The notes beneath the pieces were generated by a model, which worked only from the letters and a program-made list of their open reading frames with translations, had not been told where the DNA came from and made no database searches. From Candidatus Uhrbacteria bacterium (GTDB lineage: Bacteria; Patescibacteriota; Patescibacteriia; UBA9934; UBA10169): 64,000 bases of DNA. A program made the translations under genes and the position numbers. Of this stretch, positions 1 through 9,064 are shown piece by piece (position 1 is the stretch's first letter; the number at the start of each line of letters is the position of its first letter). Location: contig JACPJO010000005.1 of NCBI GenBank assembly GCA_016187485.1, positions 7,499 to 71,498 of the forward strand. The letters run 5' to 3'.

Positions 1-142
1 GCGCTCCGCACCCTGCACATGCGTATGTCCCGTCCTCGTGGTGATTGATAAACTCGCCTGTAAACGGAGCTTCGGTGCCTTTCTCGCGCAGCACGCGATA
101 CTGCTCCGGAGTCAGTTTTTTCTTCCAATCGTGGTTGATCAT
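1..142 (-). CDS. msrB: Peptide-methionine (R)-S-oxide reductase, 5' part (runs off window)
   Basis: Manual translation MINHDWKKKLTPEQYRVLREKGTEAPFTGEFINHHEDGTYACAGCG matches the MsrB N-terminus (LT.EQY.V.R.KGTE.PF.G, CxxC). Confidence 0.93.
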   Translation of the reverse strand, partial: MINHDWKKKLTPEQYRVLREKGTEAPFTGEFINHHEDGTYACAGCGA

Positions 143-213
143 AGTGGCCTCTTATCCATAGTATTCTTCGCGCGTCGCTTTTTGTTGCTCTGCATGGTAT
201 AACCTTCGTCGCT

Positions 214-1677
214 ATGGCACAAGGCAACACGGTTCTGCGGTTCGAAGACGTCTCTTTTGGCTACAAACAAGACGAACTCATTTTGGATGAGGCGAGTTTT
301 TCTGTGCGCGAAGACACCAAGATCACGCTCATGGGACAAAATGGCGCAGGGAAGAGTACGATCTTCAAACTCATTACATCTGAATTGAAGCCGACGCACG
401 GAAACATCCATGTGCCGGCCGGGGTAAGCATTGCCACAGGCAAGCAAGTCATGGCACGCGAGCATCTCACAGAGACGCTTCGCGTATACTTTGCGCATGC
501 TTTTGCGGAGGTGCCGCGTAATTTGGACAAGCGCATTGCGGATGTTCTTGAGGTGGTGAACCTCTCGGCACCGCTTGAGAAGATTGTTGGCGAATTTTCC
601 GGCGGGCAGCAAGCGCGACTGCTTCTTGCCTACGCGTTGATTCAGGAGCCGGACATTCTATTGTTGGATGAACCAACAAATAATCTTGACCGCGACGGCA
701 TCGATCATCTGACGACGTTTCTTATCATGTATCCAAAAACAGTTTTGGTTATTTCGCACGACGCGGATTTCTTAAACAGTTTTACCGAAGGCGTGCTGCA
801 CCTTGATGTCTACACAGGGAAGGTCGAGAAGTACGATGGAAATTACACAGATGTTGTGGAAGAGATCGCGGTACGCATCGAACGCGATCGGGCAAAAAAC
901 GCGCAGCTTCTAAAGACGATTCAAGATCGCAAGGACAAAGTAAACTTTTTTGCGCACAAAGGAGGGAAGATGCGCAAGCTTGCGAGCAAGTTAAAAGATC
1001 AAGTCGAAGAAGCGGAAGAAAACATGGTGGATGTGCGGCGTGATGACCGGACCATCAATGACTTTGTGATTCCCGCACAGCCGTGGCCGGAACCCGTGGC
1101 GCATCTGCGCTCGGTGAAGGTGATTTTAGACCACGAAGCGCACCAGGTGGAAGTGGATTTCACGTTTCGTCGCGGCGATCACGTGCTGATCTCTGGCCCA
1201 AATGGGATAGGGAAAAGCACGCTTTTGCGAACACTTGCCGAAGGGAAGGATGATCGCGCAACGATTGCCGATGGAGTGAAGGCGGGGTATTACCGACAGG
1301 ATTTCTCTGGGCTCAATTTCAATGAAACGGCGTATGCATCGCTTGCGTCCATGATGGAAGAACCAGACAATGAGACGATACGACGCACAGGCGCGCAGTT
1401 TTTATTGAGCGGCGACGCGCTTGCAACGACGGTTGGCGCGCTTTCAGAAGGGCAAAAGGGGCTTCTGTGTTTTGCGCGGTTCGTTCTGCAAGAGCCCGGG
1501 CTTCTTATCTTCGATGAGCCGACAAACCACATCAACTTTCGCCACCTGCCCGTGATTGCGCGAGCACTCGATGCCTACGAAGGTTGCCTCCTTGTTGTAA
1601 GCCACGCAGAAGAATTCGTCCGTCAAATCCGTTTTGACCAAACCCTCGACCTCTCGACGCTTATAAAAAACGCATGA
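214..1677 (+). CDS. ABC-F family ATPase (ribosome-associated)
   Basis: Two ABC domains (GQNGAGKS/FSGGQ/LLLDEPTNNLD; GPNGIGKS/LSEGQ/FDEPTNH), no TM segments. Confidence 0.93.
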   Translation: MAQGNTVLRFEDVSFGYKQDELILDEASFSVREDTKITLMGQNGAGKSTIFKLITSELKPTHGNIHVPAGVSIATGKQVMAREHLTETLRVYFAHAFAEVPRNLDKRIADVLEVVNLSAPLEKIVGEFSGGQQARLLLAYALIQEPDILLLDEPTNNLDRDGIDHLTTFLIMYPKTVLVISHDADFLNSFTEGVLHLDVYTGKVEKYDGNYTDVVEEIAVRIERDRAKNAQLLKTIQDRKDKVNFFAHKGGKMRKLASKLKDQVEEAEENMVDVRRDDRTINDFVIPAQPWPEPVAHLRSVKVILDHEAHQVEVDFTFRRGDHVLISGPNGIGKSTLLRTLAEGKDDRATIADGVKAGYYRQDFSGLNFNETAYASLASMMEEPDNETIRRTGAQFLLSGDALATTVGALSEGQKGLLCFARFVLQEPGLLIFDEPTNHINFRHLPVIARALDAYEGCLLVVSHAEEFVRQIRFDQTLDLSTLIKNA

Positions 1678-1769
1678 GGATGAACGATAGTTTACGGACA
1701 TCTCTATTTCCGCCTGGGGATAATGTCGTGTAGATTTCCACGTCGTTTTTCTGTTATGATGCCTTCAGT

Positions 1770-2558
1770 ATGAAATACCTTGTCATCGTCTTTGACATCT
1801 TTTTTGCGAGCATGGCCACAAGCGTGTTTGCCGCCAAAGCGCCACAGCCAAATGATGATCGAAATAACCTCTTGCGTTACATTCGATACGAATGCACAGT
1901 TGAATGTATGGGAAGTAAGGACACGAAAAAAACGTATGACGAGCTTACCGCGTGTACAGATGAGTGCATCGGAAAGCCAAAGGAATGGATCCGAGATTCC
2001 GCCAAGCAGCAACGAGGCTTTTGTACAGACTCTCAGAGCACGGAGGAAGAATTAAGTTCAGTTTCTTATTGTCGAGTCGTGGCAAGCAAGCGCGACCTTG
2101 TGGAATATCAACTTAATTTTAACACGTCAAACGGTTGTCCTGTTGGCGCTGACTTCAAAAAAGATAAATGCCGATGTCCTTTTGGAAGTAGGATTGATAA
2201 AGGCCACACTTCCTGTCGTGAGAACAAAGTCGTGAAGGGTGTAAAAGAGGGTTTCCGATTTTTTACGGACTTATTTAAGCCTGATAAAGACAAAGAAGGA
2301 GAAGAAAACACCGCGCCAGTACCTACAACATCGACTCCGCCGACAGAACAGCCACCCGTACAGCCGGTGCAAAAGAACACCCAGCCTGAACCAGCTCAAG
2401 CGATTCCGAATCCGTTCGAAGGCGCCAGCACATTCACCTACGAAGATTGCATCCAGACAGCAACACCAGACGTTCTTGCAAATTATGCGGACCGCGCAGG
2501 CATCTCACGCGGCGCCATGCCCACTGCAGAACAACTCTGCGCACGGTTGAAGAAATAA
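1770..2558 (+). CDS. Secreted Cys-rich hypothetical protein with Pro/Thr/Gln-rich linker
   Basis: Signal-peptide-like N-terminus, about 12 Cys, PVPTTSTPPTEQPPVQP tract. Confidence 0.7.
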   Translation: MKYLVIVFDIFFASMATSVFAAKAPQPNDDRNNLLRYIRYECTVECMGSKDTKKTYDELTACTDECIGKPKEWIRDSAKQQRGFCTDSQSTEEELSSVSYCRVVASKRDLVEYQLNFNTSNGCPVGADFKKDKCRCPFGSRIDKGHTSCRENKVVKGVKEGFRFFTDLFKPDKDKEGEENTAPVPTTSTPPTEQPPVQPVQKNTQPEPAQAIPNPFEGASTFTYEDCIQTATPDVLANYADRAGISRGAMPTAEQLCARLKK

Positions 2559-2573
2559 AAACGAGAAGTCTGA

Positions 2574-2906
2574 TCAGGAAGACTCAGATAAATACTTACG
2601 GGCTTTAACGAATACCTTACGTTCAAGAGCCGTCAACGGGTCAATGCGCAACTCCCGAGCTATCAAAAAGAGAATATTGAAAACATCGGCGAGCTCGTCT
2701 TCAAGATGCTGCTCTGGAGAGCAAGTTTCTTCCCCCAGCTTTTTCATGCGGGACTTACCTTGACTTGAAAGCAGAGCCTCGGCTAATTCTCCCATCTCCT
2801 CCATCAGCTTGAGCAAAAGATACTCGCGATCCATCACGATCCCGTGTTTTTTCTTATAGCGTTCCGCGTTGGCCTCAATGAGACGCTGGACTTCTTGAAA
2901 TTCCAT
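2574..2906 (-). CDS. MazG-like nucleotide pyrophosphohydrolase
   Basis: KLMEEMGELAE...EDELADV motif of all-alpha NTP pyrophosphatases. Confidence 0.88.
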   Translation of the reverse strand: MEFQEVQRLIEANAERYKKKHGIVMDREYLLLKLMEEMGELAEALLSSQGKSRMKKLGEETCSPEQHLEDELADVFNILFLIARELRIDPLTALERKVFVKARKYLSESS

Positions 2907-2931
2907 AAGTTATTTCTTGACCATATCTTAC

Positions 2932-2959
2932 TTGACCCATTTGCGCTCCATGTTATCAT
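2932..2959 (+). promoter_or_regulatory. Sigma70-type promoter upstream of the tRNA-fragment/GIY-YIG/tRNA-Asn unit
   Basis: TTGACC-16 nt-TATCAT with extended -10 TG. Confidence 0.6.
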
Positions 2960-2984
2960 ACCCGCGCCCTTCACAGGCATACCT

Positions 2985-3036
2985 TCCGGGGTAGTCTCCG
3001 ACCCTACGGGTCGTAGACCCGGAGGGCTCAGCGGCA
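2985..3036 (+). repeat. Duplicated tRNA-Asn 5' end (20 nt) interrupted by a 32-nt hairpin insertion
   Basis: TCCGGGGTAG (2985-2994) + TCTCCGACCCTACGGGTCGTAGACCCGGAGGG + CTCAGCGGCA (3027-3036); the two flanks equal tRNA nt 3297-3316. Confidence 0.85.
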
Positions 3037-3048
3037 TGAGTCACTCGT

Positions 3049-3306
3049 ATGTTCTTTGTCTATCTGATACAAAGTGAAAGCGACCAAAGGTATTACATTG
3101 GGCAGACGCAAGATCTCACTGCCCGACTAGAGGAGCATAATAACGGAGAAGTCCCCTCGACATGTAATAGAGTCCCCTTTCGCTTGATCGGATACGAGAC
3201 CTACAAGACACGATCAAAAGCGCGCTGGCGTGAATACTCGTTGAAAAAGAGTGCTCACAGACGGAAGCAATTCATCGAACATGTAAGTAAAAATATTCCG
3301 GGGTAG
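3049..3306 (+). CDS. Small GIY-YIG nuclease (UPF0213/SLX1-like)
   Basis: FVYLIQS...YYIGQT..L..RL.EHN...E..LK; its stop codon lies inside the tRNA 5' end. Confidence 0.9.
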   Translation: MFFVYLIQSESDQRYYIGQTQDLTARLEEHNNGEVPSTCNRVPFRLIGYETYKTRSKARWREYSLKKSAHRRKQFIEHVSKNIPG

Positions 3307-3637
3307 CTCAGCGGCAGAGCAGTGGACTGTGACCAGGATCAAGCGATCCAAATAGCAGCTTCCTGCGGAGACGCAGGAATGAAAAGAGGGTGAACTGCTG
3401 GAAGCCGTCGCGTAAGACCAGCTAAGCTGGCCGAGCACGGTAATCAGCAGCCAAGCCCGCCGCATAGCTGAGGCAATGCAGGCGGGAAGGTTCAGAGACT
3501 ATCCGCAAGGAGTACTCCGACGATGTCGGAGGAAGCGCCCTCCGTCCTTCGGGACGATGATATAGTCCACCCCTTAAGGAAACTTAAGGATACGTGTAAT
3601 CCATTGGTCGTGGGTTCGATCCCCACCCCCGGAGCCA
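3297..3637 (+). tRNA. trnN: tRNA-Asn(GUU), intron-containing (exons 3297-3330 and 3597-3637)
   Basis: Joined exons fold as a cloverleaf: TCCGGGG/CCCCGGA acceptor, GCTC/GAGC D-stem, GTGGA-CTGT^TAA-TCCAT anticodon arm, GTGGG-TTCGATC-CCCAC T-arm, G discriminator, encoded CCA. Confidence 0.95.
3331..3596 (+). ncRNA. Group I self-splicing intron (266 nt, no ORF) at anticodon position 35/36
   Basis: 5' exon ends in U, intron ends in G; P3 GAGGGTG/CGCCCTC, P4 TGCTG/CAGCA, R TTCAGAGACTA (3491-3501), S GATGATATAGTCC (3556-3568), P9 CCTTAAG-GAAA-CTTAAGG. Confidence 0.93.
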
Positions 3638-3807
3638 CTAAATCCACTCAGTGCAAACTGGGTGGTTTTAGTTTGTTCGTGCCTTGCAAATAGTGCGGAA
3701 AAGCCATCTTTTGGTACACACTGAAACTCCCCGTCAGCAAAAATGAGTTCGGAAAACGCCTGCGTGACGATTTCTCGTTTTTCACTATTGGAGTGGACCC
3801 TGTACAC
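3638..3807 (-). pseudogene. C-terminal remnant of a probable large serine recombinase
   Basis: EKREIVTQAFSELIFADGEFQCVPKDGFSALF resembles the C-terminal segment of tRNA-targeting serine recombinases; no catalytic domain upstream; frame reads into the tRNA 3' end. Confidence 0.55.
3640..3670 (+). terminator. Hairpin terminator after tRNA-Asn
   Basis: CCACTCAG-TGCAAA-CTGGGTGG followed by TTTT. Confidence 0.7.
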
Positions 3808-3890
3808 TCCACTATTCTTCTGTTTCGATATTTAGCGTTTTGAAAACTGCTTCTATTTCTGATTCAGAATGTTGTGGTGTGTTTGGCATA

Positions 3891-4073
3891 CTATTTCGTC
3901 TCAATCGAATCCAAGAACTTATCAAACTCCTCCTTCGGAATCCGATAACCCTTGCCGAGTCTGTGTGCCTTGAGCTTTCCGGCCTCGATGTAACGGTAAA
4001 TGGTCATTTCGCTGACTCGTAGCTTCTCTGCCAGCTCAGAGACAAGATAGAAGTCTGGTATTTGGGTTGCCAT
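3891..4073 (-). CDS. HTH_17 / excisionase-like DNA-binding protein
   Basis: FYLVSELAEKLRVSEMTIYRYIEAGKLKAHRLGKGYRI. Confidence 0.88.
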   Translation of the reverse strand: MATQIPDFYLVSELAEKLRVSEMTIYRYIEAGKLKAHRLGKGYRIPKEEFDKFLDSIETK

Positions 4074-4076
4074 ACG

Positions 4077-5996
4077 TTAGAACAGCACGAGTGACTCCCC
4101 AAAAATCTGTGTGAGCTCCCATTTGCGAGTCGTATCAACGGCACGGTGTAGACCGATGAAACGAATATCTTTTTGACCCTCAAGAGCCTTGATGGTTGAT
4201 TCTTTCAAATCTGCATCAAGACAAACGAGTGCGGAACGGTCTCCGTCCGTAACTTTCCAAACCGCATTGTCTGCAAACTGGTCGAGCTTCTCTTTGTTCA
4301 TCGTGAGAGTGAAGCCCTGCTTGATGAGCATTTCGTATTGCAAGTCTGTCTCTTTGTTTTTTGGGTCAAAGAGTAGTTGCTGTTTTGCTCGCGCAAGATG
4401 TTCTTGAAATGCTTCAACGTTCTCTTCATCCGATTTTTCTGGGTCCGGTTGGTATGTGTTTTCAGGGAAGATGCTTGTTGTGAGCTTGAAGACCTTGAAT
4501 CCAGTATCAACGTCAGGCTTCTCAGAATGAATCCGTTCACCCGCGCGTTTTACACGCTCGATAGTGATATCGGATATTTTTTTATACCCAGCTTTGAATG
4601 CCTCGCTTTTTTCGTCGGTTGCTTCTGGAATCTGAACCATTACGGATTTTCTATTTCCACCGTCTTCTTGGTTGAGATCCATTACTGCATGTCCTGTAGT
4701 TCCAGAACCGGCAAAAAAATCAACGATAATGTCCTCATTTTTTGTGATGGTTTTCAGTATGACTTTGATGAGCTCAAGTGATTTTGGCGATGGGAACAGT
4801 TTGGCTTTAGTCTCAAATAAATCATTGAATACTGCTTGTCCTTTTTCAGTAAAATACTTCTTATCGTTCAAGATGCTTTTGAGCATTTTCTCAGCCCCGC
4901 TGGCATATGATTTGCGGTATATCTTCCATTGGCCATTTACTTGCTTTGCTAACAAAAACTCCGTTTCATTCTCGCTTTTTTCTTTTCCCCAAGCCCAACA
5001 CCCGTTGAAGCCGTCGTCCCAATCTGGATACACCGCAATGCCTTCCGGTGTTTTTCTCAAACTAATCTCTCCCGACTTATCGTCAACGAAAAATGGATAA
5101 TGAAGGTTCGGACGATTATGCTTACCAAACTCTCTATGTGTGTTACGGAGTTCGAGAAGACGATATTTTCCACCGTCGTCTTCCTCAGAGTATTCCGCTG
5201 CTATTTGCTCAGCATCTTTCTCAATCGCGAAATAGCCCTTAGGGAGCTGTGTTTTCGAATAACACAATACGTACTCATGATTTGTAGCAAAATATTTATC
5301 TTGCGAACGACCTTTTGGATTGCAGAGAACAGTTAGCTGTGCGACAAAGTTTTCTTCACCAAAAATCTCATCCATTAGTTTTCGAAGGTGGTGTATTTCG
5401 TTATCGTCAATAGAAATAAACACGGCTCCTTCATCTTTCAACATCATCTGCGCCAACAAGAGACGTGGCATCATCATATTGAGCCAGTTGGTGTGGTAGC
5501 GGCCGGCGCTCTCGGTGTTTGTGTCCATCTTTACACCGTCACGGAAGAGGCCGTTTTTCTCCCAGTATGCCTGCTTGCCCTCGGAGTAATCATCTGAATA
5601 GACAGAGTCATGACCCGTGTTGTAGGGAGGGTCAATGTAGATACACTTCACTTTGTTGTAGTACGCCTTCGAAAGAAGTTTTAGAACCTCCAGATTCTCC
5701 CCCTCAATAATCACGTTTTGTGTTTTATCAAAATCAACGCTGCGCTCCACGTCGGGCGCAAGGCGAGCTTTGCTCGGGGTGAAGGCATGCTTCTTAGCGT
5801 GCATCTTGCCCGGCCAGCGGAACTCAAACTTTTCGCCAAGGGAAACGTCAAAGTTGTGTGCGAGAGCATGTACCTCCTCTACATTCAGCTTTCCCTCATC
5901 GGTAAACAAATCAGGATAGAGCCGCTTTATTGCCTCAAGGCGCTCGAGGCGGTGGTCAGGGCTCTGTAATGCTGGGTTTTGTGGTTCGTGCGTCAT
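4077..5996 (-). CDS. mod: Type III R-M DNA methyltransferase (Mod)
   Basis: IEGENLEVLK, YIDPPYNTG (motif IV), DFFAGSGTTGHA (motif I) in beta-class order; adjacent Res. Confidence 0.95.
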   Translation of the reverse strand: MTHEPQNPALQSPDHRLERLEAIKRLYPDLFTDEGKLNVEEVHALAHNFDVSLGEKFEFRWPGKMHAKKHAFTPSKARLAPDVERSVDFDKTQNVIIEGENLEVLKLLSKAYYNKVKCIYIDPPYNTGHDSVYSDDYSEGKQAYWEKNGLFRDGVKMDTNTESAGRYHTNWLNMMMPRLLLAQMMLKDEGAVFISIDDNEIHHLRKLMDEIFGEENFVAQLTVLCNPKGRSQDKYFATNHEYVLCYSKTQLPKGYFAIEKDAEQIAAEYSEEDDGGKYRLLELRNTHREFGKHNRPNLHYPFFVDDKSGEISLRKTPEGIAVYPDWDDGFNGCWAWGKEKSENETEFLLAKQVNGQWKIYRKSYASGAEKMLKSILNDKKYFTEKGQAVFNDLFETKAKLFPSPKSLELIKVILKTITKNEDIIVDFFAGSGTTGHAVMDLNQEDGGNRKSVMVQIPEATDEKSEAFKAGYKKISDITIERVKRAGERIHSEKPDVDTGFKVFKLTTSIFPENTYQPDPEKSDEENVEAFQEHLARAKQQLLFDPKNKETDLQYEMLIKQGFTLTMNKEKLDQFADNAVWKVTDGDRSALVCLDADLKESTIKALEGQKDIRFIGLHRAVDTTRKWELTQIFGESLVLF

Positions 5997-6006
5997 ATAG
6001 GCGTAT

Positions 6007-8703
6007 TTAGGCGGTCACAAGGCGTTCTGCTTTTCGTTCTGGGCGTTTGCCTTCATCCGCAATCGGTGGGAAGGCATCGGTCATGTAGTATTCCTCCAGG
6101 CCAATGGCTTTGAAATGAGCTATGGCACATCTTATTTTGGCTCGTTCCTCATCGTCGAGAACCGGTTGATTTTCTTGGAAGCCCTTAGTCTCAACGACGA
6201 AGTGGTAGGTGGTAGCCTCCCCCTCATCAATCGACCGCTTTTCTATGACCAGCGCCCAATCGGGGTTGTAGGGTCCAACGGGGGTTGGGATTTTGTACCA
6301 GTCTGGGAGTTTGATAAAACACCGGACCCGATTCTCTCCATCAATGTCTTGCGCGAAGCGTTTCTCGATGGAGCTGTTGTAGACAACGTGGTCGTACACG
6401 CCTCCGCTCACCTTGATTGCGTCCTGGTACGTCTCGAATGCCTCTTTGAACTCATCCTTGCCGTAACGGTCGCTCTTTGGTTCGTAGCGCACACAACGCA
6501 CCATGGCGTGCTTGATGATACTCTTCATGGCTACGGATGCTTTGGAGAGAAACGCGACCGGATTTTGAGCTACTTTCTTTTGGTCGCGTACACCGTGAAG
6601 AATCTCTTCAATCGCTCCCATGGAGAGCCATGTCTCTTCTGCGAGCTCAGCGACGAGGTCGACTTTCGGAGCAGAGGCAACAGCGATATCTTTTATCTCT
6701 TCGCCTTTGTAGTCGTCGCTAAACGTGATGCCGTTTTGAGTATTTTGTTGCATGGAAGTAATGCGCGTGAGCGTGGCCTGCACGCGCGGGGGAGGAACAG
6801 AAAGACCATTGAGGGTTTTTACACAATCGTTCACGATGGTTTGTTCATCGAAATGAACGGTGTATTTGGTTTTGCGAGAAATAACCTCCCAGAGCCGGTC
6901 GAAATCTGAACTCTCAAAGACGGCTTTGTTGCGCTTCACTTTAGTGAGCGCTCGACGGGCATCTGTTAGTACCATCTCTTGCGCCTTATCTCCGTATTCA
7001 TCTGCGAGCTCATTTTGATATTGCGAAACAAACTCGGCGTAGCTTTGGTTGGGAATAACGGTCAGCAAGTTAACCGGAATACCACTCTCCATTTTCTCCG
7101 GGTCGCGTACACGGCTGCCGGTCTGGTCTACGCAAATACGAAGTCCGCGTCCAATCTCTTGACGCTTCTGAATCACGCTCTCTGTTTCGTTGAGGGTGCA
7201 TATGTTGAAGACGTTCGGGTTATCCCAACCAACTCCGAGTGCGGAGTGGGAGAACAAAAACTCGAGTGGTTCATCAACCGAAAGGAGTCTCTCTTTGTCG
7301 CGCATGATGAGGTCGAAAACGTCATCATTCTTTTGCATCGCGGCAACGCTGTCGGTCCATTCGCCCTTGCCGGTCTTGGCGAAGTATCCACCGTGCACAG
7401 CGTTCGTGTCACTCGGAAGTTTACCGTATTTTTTCTTATATTCCTCTGAGTAGCATTCGTTGAACAAACGACGAATCAAACCCTCCTCGTCAACGTAGTT
7501 AGCAACGCGGTCAATGAAAAAGAGTGACAACACTTTGACGCCAATCTCTGCCAACTGTTCCTTCTTTTTGAAATGTTGAGCAATCGTGAGCCGGATTTGT
7601 TCGCGGAAGATTGCCTCCTTGTCTTGCCCGTGACCGGCACCTTGCGCGAGCTCGGTTCCATTGGTGAATCGAATGCGGGCTACCTCATCACCCATATCCT
7701 TCCAGACGCGGTCGACAACCCAACCTTCGTAGGCGGGATTTTTGGTCTTCTTGCCGAGGTCATCATCCTTCGTCACTTTGATGGTCTTTTGTTTGAAACC
7801 TCCCCCAGCCAAACGAACCATAACGCCGATTTTTGCATGTGGCTGTTTACCAGCAGTAAAATCAACATCATGCACAACGATGTTTGTGGTGCTCTCTTTG
7901 TTTTCTTCATGGACAGACAGGACTTCTACCTGCTTCACGAGCCGCTTGTTGTACGCATCAAACGGCGTCAGCTGGTGGACGAGGTTCTTCACCACTTTGT
8001 GCGTGGCTGAGTAGCGCAACTTGAGGAGCGGATTGAGTCCCTCAAGACGCTTCACCATGTTGGGGGAGTCCATGCCCTCCTGTGGTTCGTCCATGATAAT
8101 AACCGGCTGAACCTGGCGAATGAGTTCAATAAGTTTTTCGCCGCCATTGCTATCGCGTTCCTGGTTGATGATACGGTCATCCGTATTGAACGCCTGCACG
8201 TTCATGACCATGATTTGCAAATCGGCAGACTGTGCGTAACCGCGAATCATTGTTGGCTTTTTGCTGTCGTAGGCAAAGGCACGGTGGTTGACGCCGTAGA
8301 TAGTTTTGAAATGGTCAGCGGCAATCTCAAGGGTCTTGAGTACACCCTCTTTCACCGCGATTGAGGGTACAAGAATAATAAACTTCGAAAGGCCGTAGGA
8401 TTTGTTGAGTTCAAAAATCGTGCGCAGGTAGACATATGTTTTACCTGTACCTGTTTCCATCTCAACGGAAAAATCGAGCTCATCAATCGGTCGGGCATCG
8501 AGAATGTTGTTGAGTTTTGCTACACGGTCGCGATTCTCTCGCACAGCTTCTGGTGCGATGCGAAGGTCATTGGCACAAACGCCGGCAAAGAGCCGGTCTT
8601 CCGCGCGAACGTAGGGCGCTCCAACAAACAGTTGAACCACCGAAGCGATAGCATCAAGCTGGTACTGGAGGTTGGCTTCAAAGTGGAGCTTTAGCATATT
8701 CAT
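6007..8703 (-). CDS. res: Type III restriction endonuclease (Res)
   Basis: METGTGKT, IMDEPQ, QEIGRGLR helicase motifs; C-terminal YNPDWA...VVETKG nuclease. Confidence 0.95.
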   Translation of the reverse strand: MNMLKLHFEANLQYQLDAIASVVQLFVGAPYVRAEDRLFAGVCANDLRIAPEAVRENRDRVAKLNNILDARPIDELDFSVEMETGTGKTYVYLRTIFELNKSYGLSKFIILVPSIAVKEGVLKTLEIAADHFKTIYGVNHRAFAYDSKKPTMIRGYAQSADLQIMVMNVQAFNTDDRIINQERDSNGGEKLIELIRQVQPVIIMDEPQEGMDSPNMVKRLEGLNPLLKLRYSATHKVVKNLVHQLTPFDAYNKRLVKQVEVLSVHEENKESTTNIVVHDVDFTAGKQPHAKIGVMVRLAGGGFKQKTIKVTKDDDLGKKTKNPAYEGWVVDRVWKDMGDEVARIRFTNGTELAQGAGHGQDKEAIFREQIRLTIAQHFKKKEQLAEIGVKVLSLFFIDRVANYVDEEGLIRRLFNECYSEEYKKKYGKLPSDTNAVHGGYFAKTGKGEWTDSVAAMQKNDDVFDLIMRDKERLLSVDEPLEFLFSHSALGVGWDNPNVFNICTLNETESVIQKRQEIGRGLRICVDQTGSRVRDPEKMESGIPVNLLTVIPNQSYAEFVSQYQNELADEYGDKAQEMVLTDARRALTKVKRNKAVFESSDFDRLWEVISRKTKYTVHFDEQTIVNDCVKTLNGLSVPPPRVQATLTRITSMQQNTQNGITFSDDYKGEEIKDIAVASAPKVDLVAELAEETWLSMGAIEEILHGVRDQKKVAQNPVAFLSKASVAMKSIIKHAMVRCVRYEPKSDRYGKDEFKEAFETYQDAIKVSGGVYDHVVYNSSIEKRFAQDIDGENRVRCFIKLPDWYKIPTPVGPYNPDWALVIEKRSIDEGEATTYHFVVETKGFQENQPVLDDEERAKIRCAIAHFKAIGLEEYYMTDAFPPIADEGKRPERKAERLVTA

Positions 8704-8742
8704 TCTCGCAGGATTTTATAGTTGCAAGTATTCTATCATCTC

Positions 8743-8760
8743 TTAACAATGCTTAACAAT
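8743..8760. promoter_or_regulatory. Tandem direct repeat overlapping the putative res-mod promoter
   Basis: CTTAACAAT twice with about 10-nt period; minus-strand TTGTTA...TAGAAT. Confidence 0.45.
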
Positions 8761-8762
8761 AG

Positions 8763-8786
8763 AAAAGCCCCCGTACGGAGGGGCTT
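8763..8786 (-). terminator. Intrinsic terminator after the Cas2-like gene
   Basis: AAGCCCC/GGGGCTT stem followed by a T tract on the minus strand. Confidence 0.7.
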
Positions 8787-8794
8787 GCTGTGGA

Positions 8795-9064
8795 CTAAGC
8801 GATATTCTCGTTCATCCACTTGGTAACTTCCTGAGATACGTTGAACGTAGACCAGTTGGACTTCACTTGAATGACCACCAGTCCATCATCCTTATCCATA
8901 ACCGTCTTGAGGTCGTTAGCGACCTGCACAGCGGCTACATCTGTCTTGATGAGCCAAAGTGACTCAAGTGGTTTTGCCCACGTGCCGTAACTCTTAATCT
9001 TCTCGACCAACTTTTTGTAATCACGATTTGGCTGTCCCAAATCGTAGGAAACCAGATAAACCAT
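8795..9064 (-). CDS. Stand-alone Cas2/VapD-like small protein
   Basis: 89 aa, YLVSYDL...Y..L...IK.YG......ES.W pattern; no CRISPR array or cas1 in window. Confidence 0.7.
   Translation of the reverse strand: MVYLVSYDLGQPNRDYKKLVEKIKSYGTWAKPLESLWLIKTDVAAVQVANDLKTVMDKDDGLVVIQVKSNWSTFNVSQEVTKWMNENIA

Noticed and set aside
3331-3596. tRNA-His(GUG) reading from CTGTGAC, or tmRNA
   Set aside because: The anticodon stem closes only after removing 3331-3596, giving GUU with G discriminator; the insert has group I core motifs and no tag ORF
4077-5996. Phase-variable mod (phasevarion)
   Set aside because: No simple-sequence repeat tract seen; ORF intact
8795-9064. CRISPR-Cas locus suggested by Cas2-like protein
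   Set aside because: No repeat-spacer array, cas1 or effector genes seen in the window
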